Assembly (NCBI GenBank): GCA_023701265.1
Contig: JAMPXI010000001.1
Location: 12,890-76,889, forward strand
Direction: 5' to 3'
DNA from: Desulfuromonadales bacterium
Lineage (GTDB): Bacteria > Desulfobacterota > Desulfuromonadia > Desulfuromonadales > BM103
Length of the DNA stretch: 64,000 bases
The notes under the pieces are model-generated. The model saw nothing but the letters and a program-made list of their open reading frames with translations, did no database searches and was not told where the DNA came from. The translations under genes and the position numbers were made by a program. Positions within the stretch are counted from its first letter, which is position 1, and each line of letters begins with the position of its first letter. This document shows, piece after piece, positions 57,839-64,000 of the stretch.

Positions 57839-58004
57839 CTAGTGTCCTGTGCGGTTAGTTCCCTGCACAAATTGTGAGGGATTTTGGCTTCTGGCAAGAC
57901 GCGGTGACGCAGGCATAGTGTGGCTACGCCGAGGAGCCGCAACGTAGCCAGAGGCCAAAAGCGCCGCAATTTGAAAGGATGGAATTAGCCGCACAGGACA
58001 CTAG
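57839..58004. repeat. 166-bp long imperfect palindrome (MITE / ERIC-like element) filling an intra-operon gap
   Basis: The terminal arms CTAGTGTCCTGTGCGGTTAGTTCC (57839-57862) and GGAATTAGCCGCACAGGACACTAG (57981-58004) pair at 22/24 positions. Nested internal pairings are ATTTTGGCTTCTGG with CCAGAGGCCAAAA, and TGGCTACG with CGTAGCCA. The right arm contains the upstream stop codon. The left arm ends 1 nt from the downstream ATG. Confidence 0.7.
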
Positions 58005-59293
58005 AGCTCCCCGGTTACGGTTGCCGGCAGACCGGCAAACAGCGCCAATTGCTGATGGATCGGCGGTGCCGCCGGACGGTTTTCGCCGGCCAGCAGACAG
58101 TCGCGCATGGTCACCTCTGCAGACATGGCCCTCTCGCCAAGGTAGCGGCCACCGGCCGTCAGAAACCAGCGGGCGCGCTTAATGACCACGCCGAGACGCG
58201 CCAGATCATCGCCATGCAGCGCACCGACCCGACGGGCCCGCAGGATGCGCCGGGCCGAACGGACACCGAGTCCGGGAACTCGCAACAGCATTTCGTAATC
58301 GGCGCGATTGACTTCCACCGGGAAAATTTCGGGATGGCGCAGGGCCCAGGCGGCCTTGGGATCGAGGTGCACATCAAGATGCGGCGTCGCTTCGTCGAGC
58401 AGTTCCGACACTGCAAAACCGTAGTAGCGCAGCAGCCAGTCGGCCTGATAGAGGCGGTGTTCGCGCAGCAGCGGAGGCGCGGGCAGCACCGGCAGCCGGT
58501 TGTCGCTGCCGATCGGCACATAGGCCGAGTAGTAGACCCGCCGCAGGTGCATCTGCCGGTAGAGCGCCTCGCTCAGCGTCAGGATCTCACGATCGCTTTC
58601 GGGCGTGGCGCCGACGATCAGCTGGGTGCTTTGTCCGGCCGGGGCAAAGCGTAACGCCCGCGGCGAGCGCCGCCGCTCGCCAGCCGCCGCACCGATCAGC
58701 GCATCAGCCGTACGCATCGGCGCCAGTACCGCTTCGCGGCTCTTATCCGGGGCAAACTGCCGGAGACTGGCGGCCGTCGGCAGTTCGATATTGACGCTGA
58801 CCCGGTCGGCATAACGGCCAGCCTGTTCGACCAGCCGGGAGTCTGCGCCGGGGATCAGCTTGAGATGGATGTAGCCGTTGAAGCGATACTCTTCGCGCAG
58901 CAGTCTGACCGCCTCGACCAGTTCCTCCATGGTTTCGTCCGGCGTCGAGAAAACCCCGCTGCTCAGGAACAACCCTTCGATGTAGTTGCGGCGGTAGAAA
59001 TTGACCGTCAGCTCGGCGACTTCATGCGGGGTAAACGAGACGCGCGGGCCATCCTTGCTGCGCCGGTTGACGCAATACGCGCAGTCGTATCGGCAGCGAT
59101 TGGTGTAGAGCACCTTGAGGAGGGAGATGCAGCGGCCGTCGGCGGACCAGCTGTGGCAGACGCCGGCAGGCAATCCGTTGACGACGCCGTCGTCGCGGGA
59201 ACGACGGCTGCCACTTGAAGCGCACGAAGCATCGTAGCGCGCGGCGGCGGAGAGAATTTCGAGCTTGGCAAGAAGTCTGGTGAGATCGACCAT
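58001..59293 (-). CDS. putative DNA modification/repair radical SAM protein (TIGR03916-like)
   Basis: 430-aa ORF with the radical-SAM cluster motif CRYDCAYC and a C-terminal helix-hairpin-helix-like region (LLRVPGLGVRSARRIL). Confidence 0.75.
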   Translation of the reverse strand: MVDLTRLLAKLEILSAAARYDASCASSGSRRSRDDGVVNGLPAGVCHSWSADGRCISLLKVLYTNRCRYDCAYCVNRRSKDGPRVSFTPHEVAELTVNFYRRNYIEGLFLSSGVFSTPDETMEELVEAVRLLREEYRFNGYIHLKLIPGADSRLVEQAGRYADRVSVNIELPTAASLRQFAPDKSREAVLAPMRTADALIGAAAGERRRSPRALRFAPAGQSTQLIVGATPESDREILTLSEALYRQMHLRRVYYSAYVPIGSDNRLPVLPAPPLLREHRLYQADWLLRYYGFAVSELLDEATPHLDVHLDPKAAWALRHPEIFPVEVNRADYEMLLRVPGLGVRSARRILRARRVGALHGDDLARLGVVIKRARWFLTAGGRYLGERAMSAEVTMRDCLLAGENRPAAPPIHQQLALFAGLPATVTGEL

Positions 59294-59360
59294 GGTCGCG
59301 TCCTGGAGGCGTTGCTTTCAAAACTACCCCCAGGTCGCGACTGAATATGTCACACAGCGG

Positions 59361-61862
59361 TCAGCGGCCGAAAACTTTTTTCAATGATTCCTCGAGCAGC
59401 TTTTGCGATGAACTGACTGGCGCCTGTTCGCCCTGCGGCGGCGCTTGCTGCGGCGCTGGCCCGCCGGTTCCGGCCGGCTGCGGTTGTGTCGAATCGGTGG
59501 GAGCCGTCGGCTGGGGCTGCGACTTTTTCAGCAGCTTGTCGAGGCCACGCTGCAACTCGTTTTGCAGCACCCTGCCGGCCTGTGCCTGCACCCCCTTCGG
59601 ATCGAGACCGTAGCGAGGCGCCTGCAGGGTGCCGCTCACCAGCAGCGGCAGCTGAGTCCACCCGTCGGCATCGACCAGATAGCGGGTGACCTTGCCGCGC
59701 TGGTCGATGCGCGCCGCCAACTCCGGGCTGAGACGAGTATCCATGGCCAGATTGAGGCTACCGTCGAGGCCGAGAGTCCCCCTCGGGAAAAGTTTCAGGC
59801 GACTGCTTTGGATACTGCTGTCAATCTCGGCCCGACCGGCGGCAATCCGTGCCTTGCCGCGAAAATCGCTGAAGACGATCTCGTTCAAATCAGGCAGCTG
59901 CAAAAAGGAAGCAAAGCCATTGACCAGCGCCGGGCTGACCAGGCGCCCGTCAACCAGAACCAGGGCGACGTCGCCGGACAGCGTCCGGCTGATATTAGAC
60001 CAGCGGGTGCCGCTGCCGTTCAGGTTGCCCTGCAGGTCAAGCTTGCCAAACATGCTTCCGGCGGCCGCCGGCGCCAGGGCTGGCAGCAGGCTTTGCATGT
60101 CGACCCCCTGCAGGTTGACGGCCGTTTCGTAGGCCAAACCCGGCTGACGCAGGTCGACACGCGCCGTGTTGCTGAACGAGCCACCGGCGAAATTGCCGGT
60201 CATGCGCCTGATGTTAAGCTGATTGTCACGCAATTCATAATCGGCGAGGAAGTTTTTAACCGTCAGCCCCCGCCAGCCGCCTTCGCCGATGCGGATCGCA
60301 CCGCTGGCCTGGACCGGCAGATCGATGGGCCCGATCTCCTTCCCGACCGCCGGAGCTTGCCCAGCCGCACCTGAAGAAACCTGACCACCGCCGGCATTTA
60401 CCGTGGAACCGGCCGCTCCGCCCATCAAGGCCTCGATCGGGAAACGTGCGGCAGTAAGATCCGCATTGATGATCAGCGGCCTGGCAAAGAGGTTGCGTAT
60501 ATTCATTTTCAGCTGAGCACTGTCGTCGCCAAGCCGCACGTTCAGCGCATCCGTCTGCAACTGGTCGCCGGTCAGCTTCAGCCTGCCGTCGATCTCCGGC
60601 CGGATCCCGCCCACGGTCGCCTGCACCTTCTCCAGCGTGACCTCGCCATTGCGAAGCATCTGCTGCGGCCGATCGAAAGAACCGCTCAGGCTGGCCGAAG
60701 CCCGCAGCGTACCGGCCAGATCGATTTCGCCGGCCTTGCCGAGCAGGGCCGGCGGCAAGGCGCTTTTAAGCATGGCCAGATCCAGTTCGGGCACCGTCAG
60801 CTTGAGATCAACCTCAGGTGTCGTTGCCACCTCCGAGATCCCGCCGGCAAGTCGGGCGGCAAGCCCGTTGAAGTCGACCGCCAGCGAGGCAATGTCCAGA
60901 CGGTCGCGATCCAGATCGAACGACACATCAAAATCGGTTTTGACCCGGGCGTTCTGCAGCGGGGCTGTCGGCAGCGCCAGCAGGAACAGGTTGAGTTCGC
61001 GGCCCTCCAGGCTCCCGCGCGCGGTCACAATACGGCCCTGCAGATCGAATTCACCTTTCAGGTCAAGCAGGAGACGGCTGAGCTTCCCGGGCACCTTTCC
61101 CCGGAAGTACGGTTCGAATGCCAGCGCATCCATCCCCTGCAGATCGATGCGGACCTTGCCGTTCTTCTGCAGCGGCCGGACGACCCCTTCAACCTGCAGC
61201 GGCGCCCCCTGCAGCCGCGCCGCAAGCTTGACCGGAACGGTTCCGTCACTGCTGATTCCCGAAGCATCCAGCTTCAACTCGGTCAATTCAGTGGTTGCAT
61301 TCACCTGCTGATCGACGAACGACAAGCGACCGTCGCGAATTTGCGCAACAGTCACCAGCACAGTGAACGGCGTAGGTTTTCCCTGGGGAGAAGCTGACTC
61401 TGCGGCTGGTGTCGATCCTGGTGCTGTGACAGGTGGCGCTCCAGATGCTGCGGCTGGTGTCGATCCAGGCTTGGGCGCCAGCAGGTCATTAATGCTCAAC
61501 GTCCCGTCGACACGCCGGATCAGGCGGATCTGCGGTCGCTCCAGGATCACTTCATCGACTATCACCCGCTTTGCCAGAAGCGGCAGGAGCTGAAACCTCA
61601 ACACGACCCGGTCGGCAGCAATGAACGGAATTTTTTCACCCGGCTCACCGACCGTCAAATCATGCAGTTCGATCCCGGAGAAGAACCCGACCTTCACCTC
61701 GCCCAAGGTGATCGATCGATGCAGGGCCTGCTCGGCAATAGGCAGGATCACGGCCTTGACCCGTTCCGGCGTCACGAACACCTTGACCATGACGACCATG
61801 GCAATCAGAAGGATGGCAACAAACGCCGATATCCCGAGAAAAATTTTTATCAGCTTGCTCAT
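59361..61862 (-). CDS. AsmA-family outer-membrane biogenesis / lipid-transport protein
   Basis: 833-aa ORF with an N-terminal TM anchor MSKLIKIFLGISAFVAILLIAMVVMV and a long beta-rich repetitive body. The C-terminal AsmA_2-like region is LFPRGTLGLDGSLNLAM...PLLVSGTLQAPRYGLD. Confidence 0.75.
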   Translation of the reverse strand: MSKLIKIFLGISAFVAILLIAMVVMVKVFVTPERVKAVILPIAEQALHRSITLGEVKVGFFSGIELHDLTVGEPGEKIPFIAADRVVLRFQLLPLLAKRVIVDEVILERPQIRLIRRVDGTLSINDLLAPKPGSTPAAASGAPPVTAPGSTPAAESASPQGKPTPFTVLVTVAQIRDGRLSFVDQQVNATTELTELKLDASGISSDGTVPVKLAARLQGAPLQVEGVVRPLQKNGKVRIDLQGMDALAFEPYFRGKVPGKLSRLLLDLKGEFDLQGRIVTARGSLEGRELNLFLLALPTAPLQNARVKTDFDVSFDLDRDRLDIASLAVDFNGLAARLAGGISEVATTPEVDLKLTVPELDLAMLKSALPPALLGKAGEIDLAGTLRASASLSGSFDRPQQMLRNGEVTLEKVQATVGGIRPEIDGRLKLTGDQLQTDALNVRLGDDSAQLKMNIRNLFARPLIINADLTAARFPIEALMGGAAGSTVNAGGGQVSSGAAGQAPAVGKEIGPIDLPVQASGAIRIGEGGWRGLTVKNFLADYELRDNQLNIRRMTGNFAGGSFSNTARVDLRQPGLAYETAVNLQGVDMQSLLPALAPAAAGSMFGKLDLQGNLNGSGTRWSNISRTLSGDVALVLVDGRLVSPALVNGFASFLQLPDLNEIVFSDFRGKARIAAGRAEIDSSIQSSRLKLFPRGTLGLDGSLNLAMDTRLSPELAARIDQRGKVTRYLVDADGWTQLPLLVSGTLQAPRYGLDPKGVQAQAGRVLQNELQRGLDKLLKKSQPQPTAPTDSTQPQPAGTGGPAPQQAPPQGEQAPVSSSQKLLEESLKKVFGR

Positions 61863-61900
61863 GATGACAGCCTTTCCGAAAAATCCTTACTCCTCACCCC

Positions 61901-62374
61901 TCACGACACATCGATCCCCGCCAGGACCAGCACCGCCCGCCACTCATCGGCCGTGACCGGCTGCACCGACAACCGGCTGCCGCGCTGCATGACGGCCATT
62001 CCGGCAAGAACGGGATGACCGGCCAGATCCTGACGGGTCAGCGGCCGCGGCAACCGCATCCGGAATTTGACATCGACCATGTACCAGATCGGATTGGCCG
62101 GCGTCGCCTTCGGATCGTAATGATCGCTACGCGAATCCTGAGCAGTATGATCAGGATAACCGCCGCGCACCACCTCGGCCAGACCGACAATCGCCGGTTC
62201 ACTGCAGCTGCTGTGATAAAAGAGCACCCGATCCCCGGCTTTGGTCTCATCGCGCAGCAGGTTGCGCGCCTGGAAGTTGCGCACCCCGTCCCACGGGGCC
62301 GTTTGCCCGGGAGAATGCTCCAAGTCGTCCAGGGAAAAACAGGTCGGCTCGGATTTCATCAGCCAATAGCGCAT
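61901..62374 (-). CDS. EVE (PUA-like) domain protein
   Basis: Track ORF trimmed to ATG 62374. MRYWLMKSEPTCFSLDDL...WDGVRNFQARNLLRDE...GDRVLFYHS is the EVE-domain signature. Confidence 0.75.
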   Translation of the reverse strand: MRYWLMKSEPTCFSLDDLEHSPGQTAPWDGVRNFQARNLLRDETKAGDRVLFYHSSCSEPAIVGLAEVVRGGYPDHTAQDSRSDHYDPKATPANPIWYMVDVKFRMRLPRPLTRQDLAGHPVLAGMAVMQRGSRLSVQPVTADEWRAVLVLAGIDVS

Positions 62375-62543
62375 GAGAACCTCATTTTCTTGACCTCTGT
62401 CAAAGCCAACGTCGGGGAAGTCGACTAGATTAGCCGCAACATCGGCAATGACCACAGAATGAATTATAGCAAATCATCCCGGCGACCGGATGCAAAAAGG
62501 CAAATTTTTGGTAATATTGCAAACTTGGCACCCAACGACAATC

Positions 62544-62567
62544 CAGCAACCAGCAACCAATAACCAG
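62544..62567 (+). repeat. tandem heptamer repeat in the hcp 5' leader
   Basis: CAGCAAC CAGCAAC CAATAAC CAG lies immediately upstream of the hcp SD (AAAAGGAGG). Confidence 0.5.
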
Positions 62568-62585
62568 TAAAAAAGGAGGTACACA

Positions 62586-64000
62586 ATGTCCATGTTCTGT
62601 TACCAGTGCGAGCAGGCCGCCAAAGGGACCGGCTGCACCGTTATCGGCGTCTGCGGCAAACAGCCGGATGTGGCGGCCTTGCAGGATCTTCTGGTCTATA
62701 CCCTGAAGGGGATCGCCTTCTGGGCGAACAAGGCCCGCGAGCAAGGGAAAAAGGATCAGGAAATCGACCGCTTCATGATCGACGGCCTTTTCACCACGGT
62801 CACCAACGTCGACTTCGATGCCGCCGTGGTCAGCAAGTTTGTCGCTGAAGGTGTGCGTCTGCGTGACAAGGCCAAACAACTGGCCGGCCCCTGCAACTGC
62901 AGCTGCACCATCCCCGCCGCCGCCCAGGACTGGACCCTCCCCGCTTCGCTCGAGGAACAGGTCAAGCTCGGCGAACTGCATGGGGTCAAGGACTACGCAG
63001 TCGATGCCGACGTGCACTCGGTTCGCCAGGTCATCGTTTACGGCCTCAAGGGCTATGCCGCCTACGCCGACCATGCCCGCATTCTCGGCAAGGAATCCGA
63101 CGAGATCTACGCCTTCACCCACAAGGCCCTGGCCGCCCAGCTCGATGACAGCCTCGGCCTGATGGATTACGTCGGACTGGCGATGGAGACCGGCCGCATC
63201 AACTATGTGACCATGGAGCTGCTCAACCAGGCCCATGTCGCCGCCTACGGCCACCCGGTCCCGACCAAGGTTCAACTCGGCACCAAGGCTGGCAAAGCCA
63301 TTCTGGTATCGGGCCACGATCTGAAGTTCCTTGAGGAGTTGCTCAAGCAGACCGAAGGCACCGGCGTCAATATCTACACCCACGGTGAGATGCTCCCGGC
63401 CCACGGTTATCCCGGGCTGAAAAAGTATGCGCACCTGGCCGGCAACTTCGGCGGCGCCTGGCAAGATCAGGGCACGGAGTTCCAGAGCTTCCCGGGAGCG
63501 ATCATCTTCAACACCAACTGCATCCAGCGCCCGGCGGACAACTACAAGGACCGGCTCTTTACCTGGGGGCTGGTGCAGTGGCCCGACGTCAAGCATGTCG
63601 AGGGCTGGGATTTCTCCGCAATGATCAAGAAAGCCCAGGAGTGTGCCGGCTTCGAGGAAAAACCGGGGCAGGAGATCACGGTCGGCTTCGGCCACAACGC
63701 CATCCTCGGTGTCGCCGACAAGGTCATCGAAGGGGTCAAGGCCGGTGCCATCAAGCACTTCTTCCTGGTGGGCGGCTGCGACGGCGCCAAGTCCGGGCGC
63801 AACTACTACACCGAGTTCGCCGAGCAGGCCCCCAAGGATACGGTGATCCTCACCCTGGCCTGCGGCAAGTACCGCTTCAACAAGCTGGAGCTCGGTGACA
63901 TCGGCGGCATTCCGCGCCTGCTCGACGTCGGCCAGTGCAACGATGCCTACAGCGCCATCCAGGTGGCGGTGGCCCTGTCCAAGGCCTTCAACTGCGGCGT
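62586..64000 (+). CDS. hcp: hybrid cluster protein / hydroxylamine reductase, N-terminal about 471 codons (continues past right edge)
   Basis: Absent from the ORF track because it is open at the window edge. ATG 62586 follows AAAAGGAGGTACACA. The translation begins MSMFCYQCEQAAKGTGCTVIGVCGK, which is the N-terminal cubane Cys motif. Later come GHDLKFLEELLKQTEGTGVNIYTHGEMLPAHGYP and FLVGGCDG. Confidence 0.93.
   Translation, partial: MSMFCYQCEQAAKGTGCTVIGVCGKQPDVAALQDLLVYTLKGIAFWANKAREQGKKDQEIDRFMIDGLFTTVTNVDFDAAVVSKFVAEGVRLRDKAKQLAGPCNCSCTIPAAAQDWTLPASLEEQVKLGELHGVKDYAVDADVHSVRQVIVYGLKGYAAYADHARILGKESDEIYAFTHKALAAQLDDSLGLMDYVGLAMETGRINYVTMELLNQAHVAAYGHPVPTKVQLGTKAGKAILVSGHDLKFLEELLKQTEGTGVNIYTHGEMLPAHGYPGLKKYAHLAGNFGGAWQDQGTEFQSFPGAIIFNTNCIQRPADNYKDRLFTWGLVQWPDVKHVEGWDFSAMIKKAQECAGFEEKPGQEITVGFGHNAILGVADKVIEGVKAGAIKHFFLVGGCDGAKSGRNYYTEFAEQAPKDTVILTLACGKYRFNKLELGDIGGIPRLLDVGQCNDAYSAIQVAVALSKAFNCG

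Noticed and set aside
59294-59360. LexA/SOS box upstream of the radical-SAM repair gene
   Set aside because: There is no match to the Geobacter-type GGTT-N2-C-N4-G-N3-ACC motif or to CTGT-N8-ACAG. The only symmetry is a short GTTGCTTTCAAAAC segment, which is insufficient.
62526-62545. sigma54 promoter suggested by TTGGCAC upstream of hcp
   Set aside because: The -12 element is missing. The sequence is TGGCACCCAACGACAA, with no TTGC at the required GG-N10-GC spacing. The nearby TGGTAATATTGCA has the wrong spacing, 3 nt short.
62430-63758. 442-aa ORF on the minus strand, the longest track ORF at the right end
   Set aside because: It is antisense to hcp. hcp is missing from the track only because it runs off the window. 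The plus-strand frame gives textbook Hcp motifs and the minus frame gives none.

Overview
This is a 64-kb chromosomal window from a high-GC genome, roughly 60% by eye. Gene content and synteny resemble Desulfuromonadales (Geobacter, Desulfuromonas, Pelobacter); this is inference only, because no database was searched. I call about 75 protein genes, roughly 85% of them on the minus strand, plus one tRNA-Gly(GCC). I found no rRNA, CRISPR array, transposase, integrase or prophage genes. Most of the window is core metabolism in classical, tightly packed operons: pyrR-pyrB-pyrC-carA-carB, lepA-lepB, rsmD-coaD, yacG-queD-queE, pgsA, nadB, nrdR-ribD-ribE-ribBA-ribH-nusB followed by hom, dCMP deaminase, glyA and rpiB. 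The window also holds the full yceD-rpmF-plsX-fabH-fabD-fabG-acpP-fabF cluster, mazG, htpG, and hcp, which is cut by the right edge. Two genes are open at the window edges and absent from the ORF track: carB (1..446, minus) and hcp (62586..64000, plus). Many track ORFs carry spurious N-terminal extensions, so I trimmed starts to ATG, GTG or TTG codons with Shine-Dalgarno support. Long antisense shadow ORFs typical of high-GC DNA were rejected.

The main unusual items are:
1. A 418-bp AT-rich convergent intergenic region (45.55-45.97 kb) with a DnaA-box-like hairpin, helically phased boxes and iteron-like direct repeats.
2. A 166-bp long-palindrome, MITE-like element inserted exactly between the two genes of a radical-SAM DNA-repair pair (57.84-58.00 kb).
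3. A REP-like family of ATCAsTGAT/GATC palindromes (0.46 kb and 12.05 kb).
4. A free-standing chorismate mutase translationally coupled to an orphan DAHP-synthase-type regulatory domain (22.2-22.7 kb).
5. A tlyA / tetrapyrrole-methylase-fold / U32 Fe-S module (54-56.5 kb), followed by a membrane-anchored SMC-like ATPase, a HIT protein and a Rel/SpoT paralog with an apparently degenerate synthetase domain.
6. Two receiver-PilZ paralogs.
7. A 12-heme c-type cytochrome built from three (3+1)-heme modules.
8. A PyrR-type transcription attenuator.

All functional calls rest on motif and family recognition by eye. None was confirmed by a search.
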